From NCBI GenBank assembly GCA_965214705.1, contig OZ243972.1:4106123-4170122 (forward strand): 64,000 bases of DNA, in the 5' to 3' direction. Shown here piece after piece: positions 9,784-20,104 of this stretch (its first letter is position 1; each line of letters begins with the position of its first letter). This DNA comes from Alphaproteobacteria bacterium. Lineage in GTDB: Bacteria > Pseudomonadota > Alphaproteobacteria > UBA828. The translations under genes and the position numbers were made by a program. The notes below the pieces were generated by a model. That model saw only the letters and a program-made list of their open reading frames with translations, was not told the origin of the DNA and searched no databases.

Positions 9784-9890
9784 CTACTCCAGGTAGAACA
9801 GTATCTCGTCGAGGTTCTGCCTGATGGCGGCAGCATCCTCGTCACGGCCCTCGCCGAGCGCCGCACGCAGCCTCTCGATCAGGACGGCAA
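9784..9890 (-). pseudogene. C-terminal fragment of a gene, possibly Hsp70-like
   Basis: LIERLRAALGEGRDEDAAAIRQNLDEILFYLE* directly precedes the Zn-ribbon gene; 5' part missing. Confidence 0.4.
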
Positions 9891-9970
9891 AGCAGCTGTT
9901 GCCGATCGGAACCGCCTCCGGGGGGCACAGTGGGAGGGTCATGGGCATGGCTGAGGCCGCGTTTATAGTG

Positions 9971-11347
9971 GAGCCACTTGCAAAACTCCCAGGCGCGGTC
10001 TGCTTTTCCCGAAAGCCCGTCGTGAGGACATTGACGGTCGGAACGTAACATGAACTTCGGGACGAGCGGACGTCGCTGGCTGCCGCCGGGGCGCCGATTC
10101 GCCGCAAACCGATGCCCATGCGGGCGCATTTTGGACCCGCCGTCGCGATGCGGACATGGCTTTTTGCGCCTCCGCGGAGGGAGGCGTGCCGGCGTGACAG
10201 CGACGGAGGCGCCCGCTCAGGCCAGGAGGCGCATCAACTGGTCGACCGTCAGCACCAGGATGCCGAACATCAGGTGGCAATGAATCTTGGCATGGCCGCG
10301 CACGCGGACATGGCGGCCCCCGCAGTTGTCCTTCAGCCCACCGTTGATGCGCTCGATGTTCGAGCGCTCGTTGTAGCGCTCGTCCGCCGGGTGGCGGTGA
10401 CCGACGCCTCTCTGCGCCCGGGCCTCGCGCGCCAGCTCCTCCTTGTACTCCTTGTCGCGAGGGTTGACGTCGATGATCGGGACGTGGCCCAGCAGGTAGC
10501 TGTGCCAGCCGATCTCGGGCGCGTCATAGGCTGAGTCCATGAGGTCGTACAGATTGGTGACGCGGTCGGCGGTCATACTCGCCAGCGGGATCGCGGCCTG
10601 CCTGTCGTGCAGCGAGGCGGACGTCAGGATGCAACTGATCGGAATGCCGCCATCGGCAGCGTCGATGTGCAGCTTGTAACCGATCCACGATGTGGTATGG
10701 CCCTTGGCGTTCCGCTTGGTGCCGACGTCGCAGGCTTTCGGCAGGTCGTCGAGCATCTGGGGCAAGCTCATCGTGAGCTGGCGTTTCACGCGGCGCTCCT
10801 CCTTGGGCCGCTCCTCGCCCTTGCGCGGTCGGCCGCGCTTGCGCTTCGGCTTCTCCGCCCTGGGCTTGGGCTGAGGCTTCTCGCGCGCCTCGATCGCGGT
10901 TGCGTCGCGCGAGACGTGCCCGACCAGATGGTCTCCGAGGGTCTGCTTGATCAGCGCCTCATGCACGCGAGCGGGCAACGCACTCTCGGAGAACTCCGCA
11001 AACGCCCGCGAAAACGTCGCCTCGCTCGGGATCTCTGCGGCATAGGTCCAGCCGCAGAGGCCATGGAAATGGGGAAGGAAGCTCTCGACCCGCGCAAGCT
11101 CAAGCACGGTGACGAAGCGCCGGTACCTCTCGCCGAGCGGCCCGAGCTCCTCCTCAAGCCACGGGAAAAGATCCGCTTGAATGTGATGCCAGAATCCGGA
11201 TAGTGTCTGTCCCAGCGACATGGGGCCGCCCTCTCCGTCGACGTTGTCCGAAACCCGACAGGAACAGAGAGCGGTCCCGATTTCCAGGACAATCTGACCG
11301 CCACGGCGGCAAAATCCCGCTCAAATGCGGAATTCTGCGTGTGGCTC
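9971..11347 (-). mobile_element. IS5/IS1182-like element
   Basis: Ends GAGCCACTTGCAAAA / TTCTGCGTGTGGCTC, related to the ends of 51844-53342; no clean TSD. Confidence 0.75.
10217..11221 (-). pseudogene. IS5/IS1182-like DDE transposase with in-frame internal deletion
   Basis: Lacks the ~42-aa GRP...LARAFIAKAV..LCR segment present in paralogue 52064..53203; SRDATAIE, GYKLH, DSAYD retained. Confidence 0.8.
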
Positions 11348-11543
11348 CAGTGTCATATTAAAATGTACGAACCTGGCTGCGACTGCCACCGAAAATCGGC
11401 CCGTAACGGCCGAAAAGCGGTAGATTTCAAGGGGTTCGAGGCACGCCGCCCGGCAGCGTCAACCTCAAGAGGTCAGGAAGTCTGAAATTTGCCCTGGGGT
11501 GCTGCCTTGGACGTCTTCTCCTTCGCTCTGTATGGTGGTAGTC

Positions 11544-11969
11544 ATGCTTCGCATGACCGACGATTCTCAGAACATGGTCGAGCATTTGAAAATGGTGCAG
11601 GGTGTCGTTACCCGCATGGCGGGCAATAGCGCACAGATGAAAACGTGGGCCGTGTCGTTGGTCACCGCAGTTTTTGTCTTCTCGGGGCTGTCGGACGATC
11701 CGCACTGGCTGATCGGCGTGGGCGGTTGCATCCCCGTCATCGCCTTCTGGACGATGGACGCTAGATACCTTCATCTCGAAAGGTGCTATATCAAGCTCTA
11801 TGAGGCCGTTGTGACAGGGACATCAGTTGCGCCTTTCGAACTCAACTACCGTCCCCATGCGGCCACGGTCGATTCTGTCTGGAGGGTTGCGTTGTCCTGG
11901 TCTGTCTACACGTTTTATGGCCCCCTGTTGACGGTGATGCTTGTACTCTTGGCAATCCTCGCGACGTAG
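11544..11969 (+). CDS. small membrane protein (about 3 TM segments), putative TIR-associated effector
   Basis: EHLKMVQGVVTRMAGNS..KTWAVSLV, FWTMDARYLHLER..LY, hydrophobic C-terminus; lower GC; start 11544 or 11553. Confidence 0.8.
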   Translation: MLRMTDDSQNMVEHLKMVQGVVTRMAGNSAQMKTWAVSLVTAVFVFSGLSDDPHWLIGVGGCIPVIAFWTMDARYLHLERCYIKLYEAVVTGTSVAPFELNYRPHAATVDSVWRVALSWSVYTFYGPLLTVMLVLLAILAT

Positions 11970-11979
11970 GAGTCGCACG

Positions 11980-12477
11980 ATGACGCGAAGGGTCTTCTAT
12001 AGCTTTCATTATGAGCCGGACAATTGGCGGGCCAGTATAGTTCGGAATATCGGAGCAATAGAAGGAAACCGACCGGCGACAGATAATGACTGGGAGGCTG
12101 TGAAGAAAGGGGGCGACAAGGCGATCAAGAGATGGATTGCTAATCAGATGCACGGGCGATCATGTACGGTTGTGCTTGTTGGCACGCATACTGCGGGACG
12201 AAAATGGATCAATCACGAGATTGTCAAATCATGGGGTGAAGGCATGGGTATTGTTGGTATCTGTATCCACGGATTGAAGAACAAAGACGGAAGGGTGTCT
12301 AATGAAGGTGGAAATCCCTTTAATTCCATCGGGTTTGGCAACACCGGTAAGAAGCTCTCCTCTATCGTCAGATGCTACAACCCAACGGGACGTAACAGCC
12401 AGGAGAGATACGAATGGATTAGAGAACACCTCGTCAACGCTGTTGAAGAAGCAATCTCGATACGAAAGAAGAATTGA
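11980..12477 (+). CDS. ThsB-like TIR domain protein (DUF1863/MTH538 type)
   Basis: RRVFYSFHY, DNDWEAVKK, SCTVVLVG, RKWINHEI with catalytic Glu; AGGAG RBS. Confidence 0.9.
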   Translation: MTRRVFYSFHYEPDNWRASIVRNIGAIEGNRPATDNDWEAVKKGGDKAIKRWIANQMHGRSCTVVLVGTHTAGRKWINHEIVKSWGEGMGIVGICIHGLKNKDGRVSNEGGNPFNSIGFGNTGKKLSSIVRCYNPTGRNSQERYEWIREHLVNAVEEAISIRKKN

Positions 12478-12495
12478 TCTAGATCGTTGAAGTAG

Positions 12496-12692
12496 TGAGG
12501 TGGCCCCGGAAAATCGGACAGGTCGTTAAGGTGTATTCCACCGTTTGACGGAGGAATGCAGTGAGCGGCAAGCGACGCAGGTTTTCGGGGGAGCAGAAGG
12601 CGAAGATCGCGCTTGGGGCGCTACGGGGGGATCGGACGTTCCAAGAGATCGCCTCGCGTCACCAGGTGCATCCGAACCAAGTTGGGCGCCTG
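12496..12692 (+). pseudogene. IS3-family left end and orfA 5' fragment
   Basis: Near-identical to 32266-32462. Confidence 0.85.
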
Positions 12693-12780
12693 CAAGGCGC
12701 TCGATCTGCTCGGCGTCAGCCTATAGCGTACCCAGTACGCGACTCCGCGAAACGGTGGTTTGGAAAGCCACCGCAATAAC

Positions 12781-13058
12781 TTCAGACTTCCTGACCTCGT
12801 GGCACAGGCAGGTTCGCTCATGTGTCTCGTATAGCGTTGAAAGCGCGCACTGTTTCGCCCTTGTCGTGTCCAGCTGTAGCGCCCCGACGGCGCTTGGACC
12901 TGCTATTCTGGCTGATGCGGAATTGCACTTTCCATACAGAGCCCTTGAGCCGGAAACCGCCCAAGGACAGCGATTTAGGCCAGTTTCGGGTACAGGATTG
13001 GTCACCAAACCGCCTCAAACCGCCTCATGCCAAAATATCAGAGGTCAGGAAGTCTGAA
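12781..13058. mobile_element. MITE-like element with 18-bp perfect terminal IR
   Basis: TTCAGACTTCCTGACCTC (12781-12798) / GAGGTCAGGAAGTCTGAA (13041-13058); a third copy at 11469-11486. Confidence 0.6.
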
Positions 13059-14096
13059 CTTAGCTCAATATCTGCTCAGGAAGTTCGGGCTAAACAGAGG
13101 GGTCAGAGTGCCACGCCGCCTAACACCGCAAGTGTCACGCGTTCTCGGCTATGCGCCCGTCACTGCAACCAACTCAGCCCGAAACCTCTCAGCAAAATCA
13201 GACAAACGCACGCGTTCTACCAACAGCCCCTCATTGGCCATCGTGAACTTCCAATGAGTTCTCAATTTGATCAGCAGACCCTTTCCATCCGCTAATCGTA
13301 CGATCTCTGCGTCCGCGTTTCCCCCGGCCTTCCTTACACCATCCATTCGCACCTTCGCCCACCGTCCGATCTCGACCAACTGCTGCCTGAACTCCCCGCA
13401 ATTGTCTGCGAACTCCTGTTCTATTCTCTGCTTCGCGTTTCGAATCTCTTTCACGAGGCCATGGTCAGAACGAAAATGATCAACATTGCCGATTCCGGTA
13501 GCCAATCCTCGAAAATACATATGTGCCCACGCATACTTGATCAATGCGGCCACATAAAACCGCCTCGCCTCCCTCGATATGTGCTTCTCGACTTCCTCCT
13601 TTCTTCTGATGCCGAGCTCTCTGAGTTCCACATTACGTTCCACGAATCCCGCTAGGCAGGAATGCCCAACCAAGACATTTTCCAACTCGTGGGTGCTCAG
13701 AAACACAATCCCATCGCAGTCCGGCAAACTCAGTTCGAACAGTACGTCTGAACAGTCTATCAATCGAGCCACTTGCGGATTCCGGTTCATTTGACCGCCG
13801 GTTCTGATTCTATCTGACCGGGGTTCTGATTTTATTTGACCGGGATTCTGGCGACACTTGACCGTGCCGCGGGCGCGCGCCAGCGCGCTGTCTCTCCCGG
13901 ATTTGGCGGTGTGACCCTCCCCTTGGTGATGTCGGGGGGCTGGCCTCTGGCCAGCCCGAGCCGAGCGTATGCGAGGCCTCTTGGGCATGCAAACGGCCGG
14001 CGGGGCGCGGCGGCAAGCTCTCACACACAGCATGCCGCCGCGCACCTCCGCCCTCGCAGCCTGGAAGGCGCCGCAGGCGCCCATGGACCCCGGCCT

Positions 14097-14873
14097 TCAG
14101 GCCGGGGCTCTGTTGCCGTTGCCGCCGCCGTCGAGTGGCGGGGGCTTGTTGCGCTTGCGCTGGGACTCTCCCTTGAGCTCGATGCGGTAGGCGTTGTGGA
14201 CGATGCGGTCGAGGACCGCATCCGCGATCGTTAGCTCTCCGATCACCTCGGGCCAGCCGTCTACGGGGATCTGGCTGGCGATCAGGATGGACTTGCGTCC
14301 GTGGCGCGCCTCCACGATCTCCAGCAGGTCGCGCCGGCCCTCGGCGGAGAAGCCCTGCAGCCCCCAGTCGTCGAGGACCAGCAGGGAGACCCTGCCCAGG
14401 CGGCCCATCAGGCGCTCGAGCGTGCCTTTGTCGCGGGCGCGGGTGAGCGCCGCGACCAGTTCGGGCACGCGGCGATAGAGGACGGACTGGTGCTGGCGGC
14501 AGGCCTGGTGGGCGAGCGCGCAAGCGACGAACGTCTTTCCCGATCCCGTTGGCCCACCCAGGATCAGATTGTGGCCTTGGCGGATCCAGTCGCCGGCGGC
14601 GAGCTGGGTCAGCGTGGTCCGGGCGATGCCACGCCCCGCGCGGCAGTCGACGTCCTGGACGTCGGCGCGGATGCGCAGCTGGGCCTGGCGCAGATGGCCG
14701 AGATAGCTTTTGTGATCGCGGTGCTCGGCCTCGCGCTCGATCATCAGGGCGAGGCGGTCGTCGAAGCCGAGCTGGTCGACGTCGGCGATGTCGCGCTGCT
14801 CCTCCAGGGCCTCGGCCATGCCGCTGAGGCCGAGCTGCAGCAGGCGGTCGATATTGGGTTGTCGCAGGGTCAT
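14097..14873 (-). CDS. istB: IS21 helper ATPase IstB
   Basis: GPTGSGKT, LLVLDDWG, DAVLDRIVHNAYRIELKGES. Confidence 0.95.
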   Translation of the reverse strand: MTLRQPNIDRLLQLGLSGMAEALEEQRDIADVDQLGFDDRLALMIEREAEHRDHKSYLGHLRQAQLRIRADVQDVDCRAGRGIARTTLTQLAAGDWIRQGHNLILGGPTGSGKTFVACALAHQACRQHQSVLYRRVPELVAALTRARDKGTLERLMGRLGRVSLLVLDDWGLQGFSAEGRRDLLEIVEARHGRKSILIASQIPVDGWPEVIGELTIADAVLDRIVHNAYRIELKGESQRKRNKPPPLDGGGNGNRAPA

Positions 14874-16468
14874 GGTGTCGCTCCTCCGTTGTTGCCGTAG
14901 TACTCGCCACCGCGGATGTTGCCGTGGCTGGGGATGGTCTCGTCGGGCTCGGGGCGCGGCCGATCGGGCTCGCCGCCGCCGTTCTTGAGGCGCTCCCTGA
15001 GGAAGCCTGAGGCGAGGCGGTTGAGGTCGAGGGCCTCGGCGCAGAGCACGTCGAGGCGCTCGGCACCGTGATCGTCAGCGAGCTGGATCATGCCCTTCAC
15101 GGTGGCGAAGGCTTGTTCCGGGAAGTCGCGCGAGGCGTAGCATCGCTCGGCCCAGGCCAGGGCATTGGCTCCGATGCGGCGCGCCTGATCGAGCAGGATG
15201 TCGCCGTAGTCGGGGCGGCGGATATCGCAGACCGCCCGGTGGTTCTCCGGCATGTGCTCGGGGGTGGTGGCGTACTGGTTGCGCCCGGCCTTGCGGCGAT
15301 GGACAGCGATGCGCTCGCCGCCGCGTTCGAGGAACACCTCGACCATGCGTTCACCGGCGCGGACGTCGACCTGGCGGCCGATGTAGCGCTCCGGCACGGA
15401 GTAGTGATTGTGCTCGAGGCGGACGTGGCAGTTCGGCCCGACCTTGCGCTCGACCCACTCTCCCCACTCCCAGGGGTGAGCCGGCAGGGCGGTCAGGGCC
15501 GTCCGCTCGTTCGCCTCGAAGAGCGCGCGGCGGCTCTCGCCGTGCTTGGCCATGGGGGCATCGTTGAGGCGGTCGAGCGCGCGGCGGATCGCGGCGTTCA
15601 TGGTGTCGAGAGAGAAGAAGGTCTGGTGGCGCAGCGTCAGCAGGATGCGCGTCTGGACGATCTTGACGCAGCCCTCGACCAGCCCCTTGTCGGTGGCCCG
15701 GTACTTGCGCGCAGGCAGCACCGCGATCTCGTAGTGCCGTGCGAACTCCCGGAAGCTCGGATTGAGCCGGATATCGTCGCGGTCGGGATCGTCCACGCCC
15801 GACTTGAGGTTGTCGATGATCCACCGGCGGGGGGAGCCGCCGAAGTACTCGAGCGCGCGCCGGTGCGCCATGGTCCAGTGGCGCACCGTCTGGTCGGGGA
15901 CCGCCTCGGCGTAGATCAGGTTCGAATGGGCCAGGACCGCGACGAAGATCTCCACGTCGGTCTCGCCGCGCCCGGTGCGAAGGGCCAGCGTCTTGCCGGA
16001 GAAGTCCGCCATCCCGTACAGCCCGGGCTCGTAGTCGAAGTGCATCTGCGCCGAGCCGCCGCAGCTGCCCTGGTGCGCCTTCAGGCGCGCGCAAAACTGG
16101 CTGTAGCTGTACGCCTTCCCGCCCTGGGCCTGGGCCTCGTCGCGGTACTCCTCCCAAAGCGTGCGACGCGTCGCACGCACCCGGCGCCGCTTGCGCTTGG
16201 CTCGAAGCTCACGGAGCACATCATCCCAGTCCGGCTGCGCATACCCGCTCTCGCGCGGCGCCGGCGGATACAGGCGCGCGCGCAGCCCGTCATCGTCGAG
16301 ATCGGACGGCAACGGCCATGACAGGCCCGCCGCCTGCGCGCGCTCCAGAACGTTCGATACCGTCCCCGCGCTCACGCTCACGGCCACCGCGATCTCCGCC
16401 CGGGGCAAGCCCAGGTCGTGATGGTGCCGAAGGATGTCCCTGATGCTCATGGTGTCGATCCTCTTCAT
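14870..16468 (-). CDS. istA: IS21 transposase IstA
   Basis: IRDILR HTH, YSYSQFC, ADFSG, IIDNLKSGV, DKGLVE. Confidence 0.93.
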   Translation of the reverse strand: MKRIDTMSIRDILRHHHDLGLPRAEIAVAVSVSAGTVSNVLERAQAAGLSWPLPSDLDDDGLRARLYPPAPRESGYAQPDWDDVLRELRAKRKRRRVRATRRTLWEEYRDEAQAQGGKAYSYSQFCARLKAHQGSCGGSAQMHFDYEPGLYGMADFSGKTLALRTGRGETDVEIFVAVLAHSNLIYAEAVPDQTVRHWTMAHRRALEYFGGSPRRWIIDNLKSGVDDPDRDDIRLNPSFREFARHYEIAVLPARKYRATDKGLVEGCVKIVQTRILLTLRHQTFFSLDTMNAAIRRALDRLNDAPMAKHGESRRALFEANERTALTALPAHPWEWGEWVERKVGPNCHVRLEHNHYSVPERYIGRQVDVRAGERMVEVFLERGGERIAVHRRKAGRNQYATTPEHMPENHRAVCDIRRPDYGDILLDQARRIGANALAWAERCYASRDFPEQAFATVKGMIQLADDHGAERLDVLCAEALDLNRLASGFLRERLKNGGGEPDRPRPEPDETIPSHGNIRGGEYYGNNGGATP

Positions 16469-16865
16469 TGGGGCCCTGCCTCCTCGAGTCGATCGATGGA
16501 TCGATGAGGCTGAGCCGGGAGAGGATCGGCGCGTCTGGAAACATGGGTGTCGGTGGCGCCCGCAGGGCGATCGGGCCGGGCCTCTGACCCGGCCTCCGGC
16601 GGTCAAATCACGCCGGAATCACGGTCAGATGTCGCCAGAACTGCGGTCAAATAAAATCAGAATGGCGGTCAGATAAATTCAGAACTGCGGTCAAATGAGG
16701 CCAGATTTTGCAGCCACTTTTCCGAATCTCGCCGCCACCTCGCCATCGACTAGGCCGAAGATTTTCGAATTACTCGGCCTTTCGGTCTTTACCCGGCTGA
16801 GTACTATCTCCGATCCGGTGCCTTGGGAAAGAGGCACTTTGAATTCCAGCCGATCAGCTAATTCG

Positions 16866-18462
16866 GTAAGAGGGGCAAATCCTGGGATGAAGCGGCGTGG
16901 TTCCGGCTTTGAGGTCCGGTTTGGGCAGGACCTCAGATGGCCTGCGGAGCGAGCACTGGGCCAGCGGTCGGTCGCTGGCGCGCGAGGTCGGGGAGCCAGG
17001 GGACACTTTCGGCACCTGGGATGCCCAGGCGGTCACCGAGGTAGTTCCAGAATGAGATGCCGTGGCGGGCACAGGTCTTCATGTGGGTGAGGAAGGCGTC
17101 GCGGCAGGCACGGCCTTGATCCGAGCGGGTTCCGCCCGAGACCTTGCGGCGGACGACACAGACGCGAAGGTCGTTCTCGGTACCGTTGGTGTGGGCCGGC
17201 ACGTCGGGACGGTCGAGCACGGCGAGCAGCTTGTCGCGGTTGGCGAGGGTGCGCCCGATCTGCTCGTCGAGCAGGCGGTAGCCGGTGCCGGTCCGGAAGG
17301 TGCGCGCGAAGCTGCGCTCGACGACGGCGCGTCTGCGCGGACTTGGCTGGCGGCAATAGGCGCCAAGCAGCCGGTACGTCCGCCAGATGCCGCCGCGCAC
17401 CTGATCGACGGCCGCACGGCTGGCGTCGCTCCAGACCGGCAACGTGCGATAGAGCCTCTCGGCATGGATCCAGCACAGGAACTGGTGCAGGCCGAGGTCG
17501 AACTGGCCGGCGTCGTCGCTCAGGATGGCGCTGTCCTCGCGCAGCAGGCCATGGGCGAACAGACAGCCGAGCCGGGCGCCCTCGGTGGCGAGGAGCCGGG
17601 CCCTGGGGGCGTCGATCCCGAGCCCGTCGAGGAACGCCATCCACAGCTCAGGCCCGTCAAACCGACTACCGGCATGCCCCCTCAACGCGTCAAGCGCCCG
17701 ACGCGGCATGCTGTGGCTCTCCATGTGCCGGAACGCTTCATCGTTCAGCACGTACTCGTCGAGGGCGCCGCACATCGTGTCGAGGAAGCTCAGACGGCTC
17801 TTCGACCCCGTCGTTCCGAACCAGCCGAAGCAATCGTTGCCGATCGAGATGCAATAGCCGTTGCGCCCTTGATGGCGCGCGCCAGTGTCGTCGACCGAGA
17901 TCCAGGCCGCCCCCTCAAGACCCGCCTTCAGTATCTCCGCCGCCTCGCCGACGAACGGTTCCCTGTTCCCGGTCAGCAGGCGCCGCACCTGACGCTCCGA
18001 GATGTCGAGGCCGATCGCATCGAGCAGGCCGGCGATGCGCGGGATCGTGCTCTGGCCCTGGTGGTAGAGCATCAGCACGAAGCGATGCAGTTCCAGGTTG
18101 AAGCCGCCGATCACGCCGTCGGGCAGCTCAGCGACGATGATGCGCCCATCCGGCGTCACCACGCGCTCGCGCTGAAAGACGACGTTGTGGACTTCGAGTT
18201 CCAGCAGTTGGGCGTGATAATCCTGATAGTCTTTGTGGACCGAGCCCTCGGGCGCGTCCTCTACGCAGACGACCACGCGCTTCGCGTCCTTGCGGCCCTG
18301 CTTGGGGCCTCGCCGCTTCTTCGAGGCGCCCGAAGAGCGTCGGCCTCCCTCCAGGCCCTTGCCGCCCGAGCCCTTGCCGTCTCCGTCGCCCGCGCCCGGT
18401 TTGATATCCGGCTTGCCGGGCAACCTCTTGAGTTGGCGGATCTCGGCCTTGAGCATCTCGAT
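16866..18462 (-). mobile_element. IS66-family (single-ORF type) element, left end deleted
   Basis: GTAAG terminus at 16866; transposase 16933-~18462 with VDDTGARH, SDDAGQF, CWIHAER, TNGTENDLR; N-terminus missing. Confidence 0.8.
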
Positions 18463-18855
18463 CGTTAAGGTGTGAGTCCATAATCGAATTCTGTGGAGTG
18501 AGTCATCGATTGCGGCGGGTCGCTTTATCTCCTGATTACGTGCCATACTACAGTTAGTTGTGCGGTTATGCAAGTGGTATATGGCGGTTGTGGGCTGATA
18601 TAAAAATTCAGACCATCGGAGGCTCAGTTGCAATCTGGGAACTAAAGGCGTATGTCTGGGAAGATGGATCTGTCGTTGCGGAGGAGTTGCGGTGGAAACA
18701 CGCTTGTATAGAGGCGACAAGGCGATGGCGTGTCGCGGCGTATCGGGATGGCAGCGTCTCATCTACATTATATGGAGAAATACAGGTGGTTGTGGCCGGA
18801 ATGCGGGCTTGGGGAGGGGTTCCACACGGTGTCGCACTGCCTCCGGGGCGCTCTC

Positions 18856-19239
18856 ATGAGGCGCAGGCTGGCGGAGCGCCGCACACAGCACGCGGTGATG
18901 GCGACCGCGAGCGAATGGGCACGCATCCGCGAACTCGCGGCCGACGCGGGCATGGATCTCTCGCGCTACATCGTGCACAGGGCGACCGTGGCAGACCCGC
19001 TGCCCGATACCGTTCTGCGCCGCGCGGTACGCGAGCTTCTGCTGCTCGCGAAGATCGAGGAACGGCGCATGGCCGACATGGGGCTGGAGGAGCACTGGAA
19101 GGCGCTCGGCGATGCCGTCGATGCGTGGCTCGACCGGGAGGCGGAGCTCGACCGGCTGACCGATCCAGGTGCTGCCGAACGCTGGCGCGCGGTCTCGGTG
19201 AGCGCCGATCCCGAGGGCGGCCCCGTGCCGCAGCCCTGA
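18856..19239 (+). CDS. RHH/MobC-like DNA-binding protein 1
   Basis: QHAVMATASEWARIRELAADAGMDLSRYIV strand-helix-helix pattern. Confidence 0.7.
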   Translation: MRRRLAERRTQHAVMATASEWARIRELAADAGMDLSRYIVHRATVADPLPDTVLRRAVRELLLLAKIEERRMADMGLEEHWKALGDAVDAWLDREAELDRLTDPGAAERWRAVSVSADPEGGPVPQP

Positions 19240-19242
19240 GCG

Positions 19243-19563
19243 ATGGGGAACGTGGTGCGCCGCACGCTGCGCTGCAGCCGGGCCGAGAGGGCCGAGATCA
19301 GGGAACGCGCGACCGCGCTCGGCATGCCGGTCTCGGGATACCTGGTCGCCTGCGCGCTGCACGAGGATGCGGGTGGGCCACGCCAGGACGAGCCGCGGCT
19401 GGTATTGTCGGAAGAACAGCAGCGGACCCTGTACGAGCGGGTGGAGGAGATGGACCGGGTGCGCCGTGCGCTGGGGGAGTCGCTGTCGGGCACCGGCCTT
19501 TCCGTGTTCGGCGCGATCGCCTTCATACAGCGCGCGATCCAGTCGCGCCGGAGCGGCCCGTGA
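19243..19563 (+). CDS. RHH/MobC-like protein 2
   Basis: RTLRCSRAERAEIRERATALGMPVSGYLVACAL. Confidence 0.75.
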   Translation: MGNVVRRTLRCSRAERAEIRERATALGMPVSGYLVACALHEDAGGPRQDEPRLVLSEEQQRTLYERVEEMDRVRRALGESLSGTGLSVFGAIAFIQRAIQSRRSGP

Positions 19564-20006
19564 TGGCGGAGCGCAGCGCAGCGCCCCGGGCGCGGATTGC
19601 GATCTCGTGTCTGGAGTCCGAGTGGGAGCGGATCCGCGAGGTCGCGGAGAGCCGGGACGTGTCCATCAACGACCACGTGATCTCCGCGGGGCTGAACGTG
19701 CAGCTCGACCCCGCGCAGGCGAACGCGCCGGCCCTGGCGCTGAGCGAGGCGGAACAGCGCCGGCTGCTCGACCGTGTGGACCGCCTGGCCGAGAGCATGC
19801 TGTCGACGGCCTCCGGAGGGTCGATCGAACGGCTGCGGCAGTCGGTCGAGCTGCTGCTCATGACGACGTTGGACGACCTCGTACTGCAGAGCCGGGAGCA
19901 CGAGCTCGGGCCGCTGCTCGTGGCGGTGTTCGGCCCGGACGCCGGGCCGGTGGTCGAGCGGCAGTTCCGGGACTGGATGGCGCGCAAGCCGCCGCTGCTC
20001 GGTTGA
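19563..20006 (+). CDS. RHH/MobC-like protein 3
   Basis: IAISCLESEWERIREVAESRDVSINDHVI; shares an (V/A)LSEEQQR-like motif with protein 2; TGATG coupling. Confidence 0.7.
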   Translation: MAERSAAPRARIAISCLESEWERIREVAESRDVSINDHVISAGLNVQLDPAQANAPALALSEAEQRRLLDRVDRLAESMLSTASGGSIERLRQSVELLLMTTLDDLVLQSREHELGPLLVAVFGPDAGPVVERQFRDWMARKPPLLG

Positions 20007-20104
20007 GCGACGCTGCGATCGTCCTCGGACGCGTCCCCGGCAAGCAGCTTGAACGGATATCCGAACATGCTCTCTCTGGAGGCAGCGGTGCAGGCCTGAC
20101 TGGC

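Larger units (their letters stand above)
13774..16712 (-). mobile_element. IS21-family element
   Basis: TG..CA ends, multiple TTTGACCG..TTCTGATTTTA terminal repeats, 6-bp TSD GCCACT (13768-13773, 16713-16718). Confidence 0.93.
13149..18546 (-). pseudogene. DUF4435-like (AriB-like) toprim protein gene disrupted by IS21 and IS66; segments ~18546-18463, 16865-16713, 13767-13149
   Basis: Removing IS21 joins ..GTGSEIVLSRVK..IFGLVDGEVAARFGKVA to RLIDC..STHELENVL..DGKGLL in frame; lower GC. Confidence 0.6.

Noticed and set aside
16933-18762. 609-aa ORF as a native gene
   Set aside because: Chimera of spacer, the start of a disrupted gene and a truncated IS66 transposase
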